In this document: piece by piece, positions 38,241 through 55,698 of the stretch
Layout: the number at the start of each line of letters is the position of its first letter
Numbering within the stretch: the stretch's first letter is position 1
Source: Antechinus flavipes
Taxonomy: Eukaryota
DNA: 64,000 bases
Direction of reading: 5' to 3'
Assembly: GCF_016432865.1 (NCBI RefSeq)
Contig: NC_067400.1
Span: 63,860,001-63,924,000 of the forward strand
Program-made: the position numbers and the translations under genes
Notes under the pieces: generated by a model
What the model was told of the DNA's origin: nothing
Databases searched by the model: none
What the model saw: only the letters and a program-made list of their open reading frames with translations

Positions 38241-39564
38241 TGTGGCTACTGCCCATGCTACATTTTCTTAAGAGTCTTAGGTAAGAGTTGAGTGCACAGT
38301 GGACACCAAAGGTGAATGAGAAATTCTGAAAAAAAAGCTAAGTAAACTCTCAAAACAAAGATGCTAGTCCTCCTTGAATGTCCCACATTCCTTCTTATTT
38401 GTAAAACGAGAGGAATAGATGGAAGGACTTCTAACTTCCCATCTAGCTCTAAATCTAAGATCCTATAGATTGATGACTCGGCCTTATAGTTCTGACTGAT
38501 CATTATCTAATGTGAAAGAGAAATTCCTCTAAAAAGCAAAATAGATCCAGCAGGGCAACAACATAACATTGAGAAACAAAACTACTGGGTTCTAGTCAAT
38601 CTGGTCTATCCCACAAATGCATCCTGATCATATATTTATCTCTCTCCTTAGCTGTCTAGTTAGCTAGGACGAGTTACTTGACCTCTCTCTCAGCCTCAGT
38701 TTTCTCAACTATACAATGAGAATTTTTTATGTAACAGCTCCTACTTCATAGAATTCTTAGAACTGAAATATCAGTATAGTACCTTGCAAACCTTAAAGTG
38801 TTATAGAGGTGCTAGCTATTATTAGATTAAGCTAATAAATATGACTTAACTAATCTTCATGAAACAGAGACCAAAGGCTCCAAGAGCAAAAATGTTATCT
38901 CTCCCATTTATATTTTCCTTCCTCTTCTCTGCCTATCTGAATCCTACTTATCCTCTAAGGAAAGCCTAACTCAAATTCCATTTCCTTTAAAGCCTTCCTT
39001 GGACATTGTCATCACTCTTTGAACATCTATAATATATGTTGTCTGAATAACTAATTATTTACTGATTATATATTGCCATGGTTCTATTACTTATCTTTCC
39101 ATATATATGCCTTCCCCTTCTGGCTAAGATCAATGGTTCCAAAGAGTATGTCCTGAATTCCTTACTAATGTATCCCAAATTGTATAATTTATACTGATAA
39201 TCATATAGTGTACTTCAATTTCTCATGGAAAATGATATTATTGGGAGCAAAAATTTTTTTGAAAATGTACTACATTGTAAACTCTTTGAAAGTTGATGAG
39301 TTTTCCCCCTTTGCTTGTGTCTCCACAGTGCTGAAGATATTGTTTAAAAGTAGACATGTAATTTATTTCATTTTAAGAGGGAGCTCTCCTGTAAGGAGCC
39401 CACCAGTGTAAATGACCCACTTCTTTGCAATTTTATAGTCTTGAAGATGGGTTTGGAGAACCCTAAGAAATTAAGTTTCTCCATTGACATCATCAACACA
39501 TGTCAGAGTGAAATCAGGTCTCTCAGTACATCAATTCAAACTTTGTTCACTGTGCCACTGCCCC

Positions 39565-40452
39565 TTCATATATCTATCTATAATATATGTACCTATATAT
39601 AATATTTATGTATCTATATATACGTATCTATAATATTTATACATATTTATATCTATGTGTACCTACATATACATACATCTATATTTCTGTACCTATATAT
39701 ACATATCTACTATATAAATGTGTACCTATATATACATATCTATAATATATATATGTACCTATATACACACATATCTATAATGTATGTGTACCTATATATA
39801 CATATCTACAATATGTGTACTTATATATACATATCTATCATATATGTGTACTATATATACATATCTATAATATGTGTACCTATATATACATATCTATATG
39901 TGTACCTATATATACATATCTATATGTGTACCTATAGATACATATCTATAATATGCACCTATATATACATATCTATATTTATGTACCTACATATACATAT
40001 CTAGAATGTAATGTACTTATATGTACATATCTACAATATGTGTATCTATATATACATATCTATAATATGCACCTATATATATATATATCTATATGTGTAC
40101 CTATAGATACATATCTATAATATGCAATTATATATACATATCTATATTTATGTACCTACATATACATATCTAGAATGTATGTGTACTTATATGTACATAT
40201 CTACAATATGTGTATCTATACATACATATCTATAATATGCACCTATATATACATATCTATATGTGTACCTATAGATACATATCTATAATATGCACCTATA
40301 TATACATATCTATATTTATGTACTTACATATACATATCTAGAATGTATGTGTACTTATATGTACATATCTACAATATGTGTATCTATACATACATATCTA
40401 TGTGTACCTGTACCTATATATACATATCTATAATATATGTACCTATATATAT
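39565..40452. repeat. AT-rich minisatellite (about 28-bp monomer) with a 168-169-bp higher-order repeat
   Basis: Monomer like tatatacatatctataatatgtgtacc. The variant ctatagatacatatc recurs at 39932, 40101 and 40269. Confidence 0.9.
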
Positions 40453-41589
40453 TTAAGTGGTGCACAAAATATTTATCAAATGATTGATCCGCACTTTTGT
40501 TCCCTTCCTTGGCAGAAGTGGAAGCAACCTCTTTTACCACGATCCAAATAAGAAGGTCCAATCGGGAAATGTGAGTGCAAAAGTGACCCCTGAGTTCAAG
40601 GTGAGACGGATCTCTCTAGCACCTAGGGCACTGAGAGCACTGGTAAAAGAGACAGTGATGATGGTTTTGAGTGGGGAGGGGGGGTGAGGGATGTGAAGTC
40701 GTACTGAGAACTCGTAGCATCCCTTACCTATATATACAAGGAGCCGCCCCTTAAATTGTTGCTGTCTACCTGTAGGGAAAGGGAAATTGACGCAATTACT
40801 CTTGCAAAGAAACCTCAGGCAATCTTTCAGAGTCGGGCACCGGGGCTTCCTCTCTCCAATCCCTCGGATTCGCCAACCTCTATCCTTTTGGGAAACTCTG
40901 GGGGATCGTGGTACCTGCTGGAATTAATAGTTGGCGTAGCCAGAAGAACGTTCAAGAGTTGATTGACGCTGCAGCTACCTGGAATCTTGTCCTGGGAAGA
41001 AAGGATGGCAAGGAAAGAAAGCGGGACCTGAGCACCTTTTCTCTAGAAAACGTGTCAGGAGCGCGGGTCTGGATCAGAAAGCCTAATCAGACAGGATCTA
41101 AAGGCTCCAGGTGCAGCCATCCTCCCCCAACGGTTGAGAAAGGAAGTTCCGTAAGATGAAAAGTTTCCCCGCTCTCCTCCCCATGCTAGCCGGCAGAGTC
41201 CTTGACCCCGACTCTATTCTGAGAAAGAGGCGTCAGAGTCTGGGCTCGTGCTCCCAGACATTGTGCAGCAAACGAAGGAAGGGTTCGGGCCGAGTGTTGC
41301 AGGGCACTCCTAGGGCTGGAGCCTCCCCTGGGTGGGACGGAGGAGAGAGAGCTGGTGAAACCGCCCCACCGGCCGACCGCCGCCGGGGTGTGGTCTCAGG
41401 GACAGCGACCTCCCCATAATGTTTGGTGGGCGTGGCATCCGCCTAAGCGTCCCCTCCTTTGTGGGCGTGTCGGATGCGCTTGGCCCCACCCAAGTCATAC
41501 AAGAGCAGTGCGGCACTGCAGCTAGCGCAGTTCTCACCGAGATCCGTCACGCAGACTCAACGTGAGACATTCCAGCCCGGACCCCTACC

Positions 41590-45368
<3,779 letters not shown>

Positions 45369-45415
45369 AGCGGCCACCTGAAGCCATTTTACTGTTTGTT
45401 GCAAAATCCTTTCGA

Positions 45416-45421
45416 AATAAA
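45416..45421 (+). terminator. TUBA4A polyadenylation signal
   Basis: AATAAA about 50 nt after the stop, with a downstream GT-rich tract. Confidence 0.8.
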
Positions 45422-47092
45422 CAGAGTCTCTGTGTTTTGAAACTAAACTTGCCCCCACCCCTTATGCTCTGCGCTCTCTTGCCACGTTTGTGAGCTGCTG
45501 CCGCTGCCGCCTCTCCTCCCTGCTGCCGCCTTCCCTCCCTGCTGCCTGGTACCTTTTCCTTTCCTGTGGGCTGAAGGTAAGGACTGATGAGGATGATCCC
45601 TGTCCCTGCGCAGGGGCCTGGCCCTGTTTCCTTGCGTTCAAGGCCCGAGGGCGCTGAGGTCAGACCAAAGAGGACCACAGAGTTGGACGTGTCCTGGGGG
45701 GGGGCTCCTTCCTCCACCGCAGCCAGCTTTGCCCGCTCCTGGCAGGACGCACTCTCTTCAAAGTGAGACCGCAAGGCCAGTTTTGCTCCTCGGTGTGAAC
45801 GAGCTCCTGCCGCCTTCACGCTGCCTCTGCGCTCTCCAGAAGACAGGAGCTTGAGCCAGACCATTAGCTTCCTCCCATAGGGAGGCTCTAGTTGGGGCAG
45901 GGAGGGCCGAGTCCCTGGGTGGGGTGCCCAGCCTTCCCGGATGGGGGAGGGGCAGGGCACTGGTGCTATCAGTGGTGGTGTGTGAGTGTGTGTGTGTGTG
46001 TCTCCTTTGTGCCCCTGCCATCCCTGCATGGCCGGCTGTTCTCTCCCACTGCTTTGCCGGGGACCTAGAGCTATGGCATTAAAAGTCGGGTCCTCTCCCC
46101 TTCTGTCTGTGCTTTCTTTCCAGATCCAGCCTCGCCTCTTGGGGGCCTCCTGCCAGGGCTCCAGGGGAAATTACCACTGTGCTGATAGGTGGCCCAGGGC
46201 CCAGCCCTGCGTCAGCATGGCAGGGGGGGGGGGGGAGGAAGCATGTGTCACAAGGGCAGCGGGCGCCAGCCCTGCCTTCTCTGGTGATTCAGGGACGCGG
46301 TGCCCTTCCCTCAGGGAGTCGAGGCAGCAGCCAAGGTTGGGCCCCATTTATTCAGCAGGCCCTGCAGCAAGGGGCACTGCCACAACAGCTTGCTTATTAA
46401 TCATTAACTCGATGCGTGCTAGGAGCATTCGGAAAAAGCCTGGGCTAAAATGGCTGCTGCCACCAGCACCCTGAGGCTGTCAAGACCTGTTTGGTGGCTT
46501 GCTGCTGGCCTGCTGGCCAAGCCGCTCAGGCTTAGCCATCGCCCTAGAGACTCGGGAAGGGAAGGGAAAGGCCAAGGCTGTCTGCTTTTTTTTTTTTTTT
46601 TAAAACAGCCTCGAGTTGTCCCAACCCACGTTTGGTAAAGGGTTGGTGTCACAATCTACATCCTAAGAGAGGCAGCTACTTCTTCCCTACCCTCCAAGTT
46701 TACTAACCTTTCCCATCTACTACCTAGAAAGTACAAACAGACTTTGATACCTTTTCTTCTACCCCCACAAGAAAACAAGAGACAAATATATGGACATGTT
46801 TTAGCTTTACTTCTGTATTTACATATTCTGAAAATGCTATTCCCACCCCACAGACCATGAGGTGAGACAGCAGTCCAATTCAAGGGCCTGATTGTACAGT
46901 ATGTGACCATTTCTTCACTTCTAGATCAGCCAGAACCCTTCTCAAGGACCCACTCTTGGTCCTTTATGGGTAGGAGCTCAGAAGCACCTAGATATTCTTG
47001 AAATTGTGGATGCAAACCTATTGTGAAAGTCCCTTTGAGGAAAAGTAGTTCCCTCTTATAGAAAGTTCTCTGTTCTCAAACTGCATGCTCTC

Positions 47093-49476
47093 TCAGATGT
47101 GAGTGGTATGTTGGCCTGGAGCTGTGGGCTGCAAACTTTCCAACTGATTGAGGAGGAGAGAAGTATGTGGCCGGCACTGGGGGTCCACAGTCATCATGGA
47201 GGCCAAGAGCTGCCGTAATTCTGGGGAATGCCTAAGGGAGTACAAAGGTGGCAAGCTACACACATACATACAAGCACACACGCTCTCCTAAGGCATAGGG
47301 CCTTCCACGTCACAGAAAGGTCAAAGCTTCTAGAAGGGCCGTGTCTCCCTGCACTCACCTCGGGCTCTGGGGAATGCTGAGCTGGTTCTGTACTGCCAAG
47401 GCCACGCTGTCCCCTTTCTGGAACACCATGTCATAGGGGCCTTCCCCAAACATCATAGCATACAGCACACAACCTAGGGACTGAGCACACATCTATGATT
47501 TCTAGGAAATGGGACCCAGGGCCCTGTATCAGCAACATTTGTGAATTATCTACTATGTACTAGCCCAGTCTATACCAAGTGCTATGTCCCCCCATTCCTC
47601 GATGTGGGCAAAGGAAGCTGCCTGAGCCACCAATGTGGGGAAGGGAGAGGTCTGCTTGGCAACTGAGCTAACTCAGTGGCAGAACTGTTTGTGGGTTCCC
47701 CTTCCCTACTGGCTCTGGAGGATGGATGGAGCTCCAGACCTACGTACTCCTGTTCAGAGACTCTGGCTATACCACTTCCTGTGTATTGCCACCAGTTTAT
47801 AGGAAGGAAGTGGAGGAAAAGAACAACATGACAGATTTCCTGGGGCCCCAAGCTGTAGAAAGGCAGATGTGCCCCATTTTCCCCTTAAGGCGTCACTCCG
47901 AGGTAGACAGAAGCCTCCAACTCCTTTTAAGCTCACCCAAACATCAGTCCGTTCATCAATGACACAGTGACTCTGTACAGAGAAGAGTTCAGGGGCACGA
48001 TACGAGATGGTGCAGCGCTGGGCTGCCCAGTCCTGGAAGACAAGATTCCCAGAGGGAGGAGTGCATTAAGGGCTACAACTCCACCATTTTCAAAAAATTC
48101 CCTGTTAGAACCTGAGGAGTGTAGCCTGACTTGCAGTGCTGATTCCACCCCATCTCATCTCCAATATCCCCAAGCAAAGTTCCCAGGGTTCTACCTGCAG
48201 GGCTAGTGCCTGTCTGGAGCCTTCCACTTGGATTTGTGCCTGGTTCATGGAACCCAAGTCCATTAACACTGGCTGCCCATCATCTCCCAGCAAAATATTG
48301 GTTGGTTTCAGGTCCCTGTAGGAAAGGAAGCAGGACTTATGGCCCCCTGCTGAGGATTACCAGGGTCACAAGTACTCAAGAAGCCTGAGCAGGCTTCTGG
48401 CTAAGAGCAGAAAACAGGTCTGGTGCCTATCTCTGGGTAAGCCATTTCATCCCTCCTCCCACACCTTTCCCCAGCAGACATATGATACCTTCTCACTGAC
48501 CTGTGGGCATAACCCTTGGAATGAATGGCCTCCAGGCCCCGGCAAATGCCTAACAGCAGCAGCAGGATTTGCTCCTCAGACAGGAAGCTGCCTTTGTCTT
48601 TCAGGCCTTCCACTTCACTCCATAGTGTACCTCTCTGTAAAACACAAGGTGCTTCCGACTCTAGCCACGGCTGGCTGTGTGTTCCTTTTCGTTTGATGGG
48701 GCTCTCACATTCACCAAGCTAGGATCCTGTCTCCCATCAAAGGTGGGCAGGGATTTCAATAAGAAAGTCCAAAGGCCTGTACTCATTCACTAGATAACTT
48801 TTCAAAAGGGCCGATGGGCAAAACCTTCCCCCCCAACACAAATCCTGATTCCACAAATTCACATCTATTTCCCTTTGGCAGAGAACTTTCTGGGTTAGCA
48901 GGGGGAGGCTCACCTTGAAGAAGGGTAGCAGCAGCCAGGCCTCCTGCTTGGAGCCCCGGTCTGTCAAGCAATAGGCTTCCAGGCGGAGGATGTTGGGGTG
49001 CTGGAAGAGCCGGTGCATGTCAGCCTCTCGCTGCGCCTCTTCCTGGTCCTGCTGCTCATGGCACAGGATTCTTTTCAGGGCATAAAACTGCCCATCCTGC
49101 AGTCCTTCCACCAGGTCCACGTAGCTGAACCCGCTTGGAGCCAAAGGAGACCACAACCACTATTATACAATGCCCAGCGGGACGCATTTTCCCCTGGAGC
49201 AGAGACCTCCTGCGAATGGGACCCTGGCCCTGCCTGTGGGGCCCGGCGCTCGGGCTTATGGAACTTGGAACAGCCAGAGGCCCGGCGGGTTCAAATTCCA
49301 CGGCAGATACTATCCGCGGAACCCTAGGGGCTCAGTTTCCTTGGACCGGGATCTCCTCCCCAGGTCCCCGCCCGCCCCGGGGGCACTCACCCCTCCCCCA
49401 GCTTCTGTATGAAGAGGTATCTCTTGTTGTCGATCGTGAGGGTCCCTCGGGAGCAGACACACAGCGTGTGGCCCAT
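47093..49476 (-). CDS. STK16: Serine/threonine kinase 16, 305 aa
   Basis: Exons 49391-49476, 48914-49133, 48501-48634, 48195-48315, 47937-48032, 47359-47480 and 47093-47231 sum to 918 nt. MGHTLCVC acylation motif, GEGGFSYV, YALK, HRDLKPTN, DLG, YRAPE; ends QHTTHI*. Confidence 0.97.
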
Positions 49477-49479
49477 GGT

Positions 49480-50460
49480 GCCTTAGTCATCCTCAGGGCG
49501 GGCGCGCCGGCTGCCCAGCCAGGTGGGCAGGGATGAGCGAACGCTCCGGGGGGTCCCGTCCAAAAGGCTGCAAAGGGAACCCGGGACACCGGGGCTGAGG
49601 CCGAACTGGAAGGGACCGGGGGACAGCCCACCACGGGGAGAAGAGGAGAGGAGCCCCAAGCCTACAGCGGCGCCCCAAGATCCAGGCACTGGGCGGGGAG
49701 GGCGGCCGGCGCTCCGCTCCCCACTTCCAGTCAGCGGGGGCTGCAGCCGCTGATCGAGCGATCGAGGCGGGGCGAGGAAGGAGGGAGACAGAACCCGCGC
49801 CCGGCCCCTCCCCCTGGGAGCCTCTTCTCGTCCTCAGCCCAGAGTCCTCGCTCCCCTGGACCCCAGCCCCAGGGGCCCGAGCTGCCACGGACCTGACCCA
49901 GAAGCGCGAGCGGCCGCTGCTGCGGCAGCGGCGCAGGAAGCGGTGGTGTGACGTCATCTTCCCGCGACGTGGCAACGTCTCCCCGTATCCTAGCAACCGC
50001 GTGGCTCTAGGAGCGATGTGCGCCCGAGACCGGAAAGCTCGAGTCTGGGCGGGGGGCTGGCTAAAGTTTAGCCAGGCGCTAGGGGCGGGCGGCACCTCCA
50101 TGTCGGAGGTAGGAGGTGGGAAGGAGCAGGACAGGACTTTAGGAGAGGCTGCACCCCTCGCCCCCTCCCTCCCTGAGACTTTGCAGACCTCCCTTTCTAG
50201 AGGCAGCTCCTCCCGTCGCCTTCCCTTACCCCCCATTCATCCATCCATCATACACGGTTTTCGGTTTGCCTAGAAGTGTGGGAAAACCCTTCCGGGTCCA
50301 GGAACATCTTCCTTAGGGAAAAGAGAAGGTAGGGGGAGGGGCGCTCAGAAGCTAGTCCGTCGTCATCCCGCCCCGCCCCCCGTCTCTCTGCAGGAGAGGG
50401 GCCACGTGACGCCGGAGGGGGAGGAGCTTCGGCGGAGCTCGGAACTTTCAGCTACGCCAT
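49480..50460. promoter_or_regulatory. Bidirectional CpG-island promoter of STK16 and GLB1L
   Basis: Head-to-head ATGs about 1 kb apart. Full CRE TGACGTCA at 49949-49956, X-box-like GTATCCTAGCAAC at 49985-49997, GCCACGTGAC at 50401-50410, and GC boxes. Confidence 0.8.
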
Positions 50461-53400
50461 GGGCTTCTGGCTGCAACTCTGGCTCCTCCTTCTGCTCCAC
50501 CTGCTGCGGGCGCAGGTGAGGTCCGGGAGGCTTCCGGGGGGCAGGGGAAGGGGAGCGCGCGCGCGCGACCTCCCCTCCACTCCCCGGGGCGCTTGTCTCC
50601 TAGGCAGCATCCCGGTCCTTCGTGGTGGATCGGGGGCGGGGCGTGTTCCTGTTGGATGGAGTCCCGTTCCGCTACGTGTCAGGCAGCATGCATTACTCCC
50701 GGGTCCCCAGTCAGCTTTGGTCCGACCGGCTCCATAAAATGCGCATGAGCGGCCTCAATGCTGTACAGGTGTAAGAGAGACCCCCTCAGACGGGGGGAGG
50801 AGGGGGAAGAGCTGAGCAGGACGCCGGAGAGCAGAATGGGTGCGGGCAGGGGGCTGCAGCCCGGACGGGGTGGGACAGAGGGCGGCAGAGAGCCTCCCGG
50901 AACCGCAGCTTTGGAGAGCACTCAACCCGCTATTCCGCTTACAAACAGGACTCTGAGGCTCCTAAAGCTCTAGGGTCGTGTCACAATGCGAGGGAGGGAG
51001 AAGGAATGATGGGAGCTGGGGGGCCCCTTCGATCCCCTCCCACTCCAGGGCCTTGTAACCGTCTCCCCCCAGGTACGTGCCCTGGAACTATCATGAGCCA
51101 CAGCCAGGGGTTTACAACTTCCAAGGCAACCGTGATCTGGTGGGGTTCCTGAAGGCAGCCTTCAGGGAGGACTTGTTGGTGATTCTGAGGCCCGGCCCCT
51201 ACATTTGTGCAGAGTGGGAGATGGTGAGTGGGGAAAGGGCCAGGACCAAGCTGATCGGCCCAGCCCAGCCCTTCCCACTTGCACAAGTCTGGCCCTTCTC
51301 TCCCTTCATAACTCCGTTTGTATCTCATTCTGCATTTCCTTCTTAGGGAGGTCTCCCGTCCTGGTTGCTTCGAAAACCTGACATTGTCCTAAGGACTTCA
51401 GATTCAGGTGAGTTTGATCTGAAGGTCAGAGTTGAAAAATATAGAAGACCAGAAGTTGGCCTGGGGACCTGGCTTTAGAGAGGCCCTTCCCATCATGTTT
51501 CCTGCCACTTTACAAGGTGGTTCAGGACATGTTTCAGTTTCTCTTACCAACCGTTCAGCTGGGTGGGATATAAGGTCTCTTCCTAGGGAGAATTCCTTAG
51601 GAAGTGTCCTTGTAAGTCAAGATCATGTTCAAGTACTACAGAAGGTTAAAAAGCACTGCCCTGAGCTGGTAGTCAATCAGAGTGCAGGGCCTTCAGGAAA
51701 ATCTCCATGGCCAAGAAGTCTCCAGGCCTAGAGCTGGGTAATCACTCGTTTCAGACATTACAGAGGGTTTCATGATTCCCATTGGCGTTGGACCAGGTAA
51801 TTCCCGAGAGCTCTTCCAACCATAAAATTTTATGATTTAAAGCTAAATTAAGCAATTCCTGGGAAACTAAAAGAGACTACAATGAAATAATATAAATGGG
51901 ATTAGAGCTTTTATGAGTTTAAGTCTCTAAACAGTTCCTTATTGTTCATAGGATAGATAAATCTACCCCTTCAGTTAGTGGCACAAATGCTCCTTCTTTA
52001 AAGTTCCTCTTTGAAACTCAGAATCTCTGGATTAATAATTACATCCTTGAGTTAGTATTCCTTTATGTTGGCACTTTAGCACCTGCTTGGGTAGTATTTT
52101 ATTCACTTCATCCAATCAAATGAGTATTTAAAGGCTAGCATTAGTGATATAAAGACAAAACATAGAGTCTCTAACTTCTAGATATAAAAAGATGCAAGTC
52201 ATTAAGTACATACATGCTAATTGGAGTAGGTTTTATGATGCTTGGCCAGAGGCCATCAGCCTTCCATCTTCTCCGTCCCATGTGACTTTGTGCAGGATGT
52301 ACTGGTTGTCTTTGAGAAGAAACAAACTTGAGTGGCATCTGGAAGAACTGTTGATGGCCTGCCATCCTTCCCACTTCATATATGTCTCTGAGTTTTTGTC
52401 TATTCCTTTCATTCACTCTTTTCTTCTATTCTTCCATTTCCTTCCTGTTTTCCCCAGTTGGAGCCTTAAGCCCATACTGATACCAAGGGCAGGTTTAACT
52501 CCTCCTTGTAGCACTCCAGGGTGCTGAACTTCCAGGCTTCCTGGGCCAGTCTCAGTGTAAGGTGGGGGTGGTGCCAGCTTGGTTTGGAGTTTTTAGTGAT
52601 TCCTACATTCATTAGTAAGAGAGATGGAAGAGACCTTGGTCCAAGATGAAGAATGCTCTGGATCTGTGACCATCTCTGTTCCAGGAGACGGCTGACTGGG
52701 AAGAAAGGTAGTGATGGAGCTCAGGCAGACTTCTTTCCTTCTAGACTTTCTTGCTGCAGTGGACTCTTGGTTCCATGTCTTGCTGCCCATGCTGCAGCCG
52801 TGGCTCTACCATAATGGGGGCAATATCATCAGTGTCCAGGTGCAGAGGCAAAGGGATCTGGGAGGGTAGGGGAGGTGTGTTTTACTTTCAATCTAAACTT
52901 ACTATCCCATCTCTCTGACAGGTGGAAAATGAATATGGCAGCTATTTTGTTTGTGACTTTAACTACATGAGACACCTGGCCGGGTTATTCCGGGCATTGC
53001 TGGGGAATGAAATCTTCCTGTTTACCACAGATGGGCCTGAAGGGCTCAGCTGTGGCACCCTACAGGGACTTTATTCCACTGTGGACTTTGGCCCAGGTCA
53101 TCTGAGGAGAGGGTATGGGTAGGGTCTGGGGAAAGTGTATTCTGACTTGTGACATCCTGTACCCCTTCATTCCTACTGCAGCTGACAACATGACCGAGAT
53201 CTTTGCCATGCAGCGGAAATATGAGCCCAATGGGCCCCTGGTGAGGGGGGCGGGGAAGGGGAGTCAGAAGACAATGCCCATGAGGGAGGGCTGTTGGTTC
53301 CCTTTTCCTTTCCTTCTCCCTCATCTTTTCGTCTAACTCTCCAGGTAAATTCTGAGTACTACACAGGATGGCTCGACTACTGGGGTGGGAATCACTCGTC

Positions 53401-55698
53401 ACAGGATCTGAAGTCCATGACCAGCGTACTACAGAGCATGCTAGAATTGGGAGCAAATGTGAACATGTCAGTGGGATGTGGGAGAGGTTTCAGGATGGTA
53501 GCTGAGCTTCTGAATACTGATGACTTAAAAAATCATGTTTCTCTCATGCCCTTCCCTGCCTCAGGTACATGTTCCATGGAGGCACCAACTTTGGCTACTG
53601 GAATGGTGAGTCCAGGACAAGCTGGAAGCAAAAACAGGGAAATGCAGACTATTCTACATTTAAAGGATAAACAGAGGGTGGGAAATGAGAGTGATTGCTT
53701 CTCCTATAGCTGCTGGACTACATTTTTTTTCCTTCTAACCCCCTAGGGGCTGACTGGAAGAAAATCTACCAACCAGTCACCACCAGTTATGACTATGATG
53801 CACCTATCTCCGAAGCTGGGGACCCTACACCCAAACTACTTGCCATCCAAAAAGTCATCAGCCAGGTGCCTATCAATATTATGGATCCTTAATATTCTCC
53901 TGAAGAGCTCCAGGAGCTCAGAATATGGGATGGTAGGTGGGGTGGGGGTGGTAAGGGGAGCCTGTGGGGTGAGGGGTGGGTCATTTTAGTTGTGTCTTTC
54001 TTATTCCTGATGGCTCCTGACAAAATCAATGTTGGGCTTAGTTCCAGGAACTTCCCTTGGGGCCCTTGCCCCTCCCTAGCCCTAAGATGAAGTTTGGACC
54101 TGTGACCCTGAAGCTGGTGAGACCCTCATCCCACTTCATTTGGTTCCACCCATTTTTGAGGACTATCTCTCTTCCCTAGTTCCCACTGTTCTTTCCAAAT
54201 TTCTCTCTGCTTTTGTAGGATGGTGATTTGCTGAACTTTCTAAATGTCCTGTGTCCTTATGAGCCCATTCGCACCCACTTACCCCTAACGTTTGAAGCTG
54301 TCAAACAGGTGAGGCAACCTCTCCTTCTCCAGCTGGTTACACCCTCCTGCAGTCCTGCCCGGTTGTCTAACCCTGCTCCATCTCCCTAAAGTCCCTTAAA
54401 ATATCTCATGCATGCATGCTTCTTCATAGCCTACCTTAACCTCTTCTTTCTCAATAGGATTATGGCTTCGTACTGTATCGGACCTGGCTGCCTCAGAACT
54501 TTACAAAACCTACCCGACTCTGGGCACAGAACAATAGTATCCATGACCGTGCTTATGTAATGCTGAATGGGGCGAGTACTCACTTCCAAGACCCCTCAAA
54601 GTCTCCACCTCCCCTTTCCTGCCCTCCACTCCCTATTTCTCTGTCTGTTGAGAGGGTGGAGCTTGCAGGATGGAAGGGAGTTGGGGAAGTTCTCCTGGTT
54701 TCTGTGATGGAGCAGAACAGCATCAGTGAGAAGTATACCAGCTTGCCCTCATCGTTCCCCCACCCGTTCACAGGTGTTTCAGGGCACTATGGAACGAGAC
54801 AAGGAAGAAGCAGCACTATTTCTGACAGGGCAGGCAGGATCCACATTGGATGTGCTGCTGGAGAACATGGGGAGGATCAGCTTTGGGTCCAACTTCAGTG
54901 ACTTTAAGGTGGGACAAGCTAGGAACCACTCTGCCCCAGCTCCTTGTAGAAAATCACATAACTGACTGAATGGGGAACCAGACCTGTATCTCACCCCAGC
55001 AAGATTTTGCAAAGGGAAAGGGAAGTGGTTGGAAGTGGGGTTAGAAAATGGGATGCTTATGTGCTTGAAATGATTAGTAGTATGGGTTTGAACTAAGAGT
55101 TTTGTAGGTAAGGAACAAATTTCATTTGCCCATCACACAGGGCCTGATACAGCCTTTGGTCTTGGGGAATGCTATCCTCACTAACTGGCAGCTCTTTCCT
55201 CTGAATGTTGATGCCTTTATGGAGTTAGAGAATAGGGCATTTGAGACCCAAAAGTTGGATTTGAAGCCTCCCTCTGGCCCTGCCTTCTACTCTGCAACTT
55301 TCCAGCTCCCAGGTCCTGCCTGGGATACATTTCTTTATCTTCCAGGTTGGACCAAGGTACTTGGGGAAAAGTTGGGGGGAGGGGAGGTATGGTGTGAAGG
55401 GAAGCTAATAACCCTGAGGACAGATTCTTCTACTTTATCTGGGAATCCCAGGGAGCCTCTTTACAAATAGGACTGACCCTTCCCGTTTCCCCACTAGGGC
55501 CAGGTCTGGATCAATGGGTTTAACCTGGGCCGTTACTGGACAAAACGGGGCCCACAACAATCACTCTATGTGCCAGGACCCCTGCTCATGCCCAAGGGTG
55601 CCTCCAACAGCATCAAGCTGCTGGAATTGGAGCAGGCACCTCCTAGGACTCAAATCCAGTTTTTGGACAGACCGCTCCTCAATGCCACTATACACTAA
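50459..55698 (+). CDS. GLB1L: Beta-galactosidase-1-like protein (GH35), about 625 aa
   Basis: Sixteen exons (50459-50515, 50604-50770, 51073-51223, 51347-51407, 52745-52839, 52922-53096, 53182-53240, 53345-53466, 53565-53605, 53747-53865, 54042-54116, 54219-54308, 54458-54571, 54774-54908, 55141-55356, 55498-55698) sum to 1878 nt. Signal peptide, [33 protein letters not shown] and [13 protein letters not shown]. One GC donor is required. Confidence 0.95.

Noticed and set aside
39657-40004. 115-aa Tyr/Ile-rich ORF
   Set aside because: Translation of the AT-rich minisatellite.
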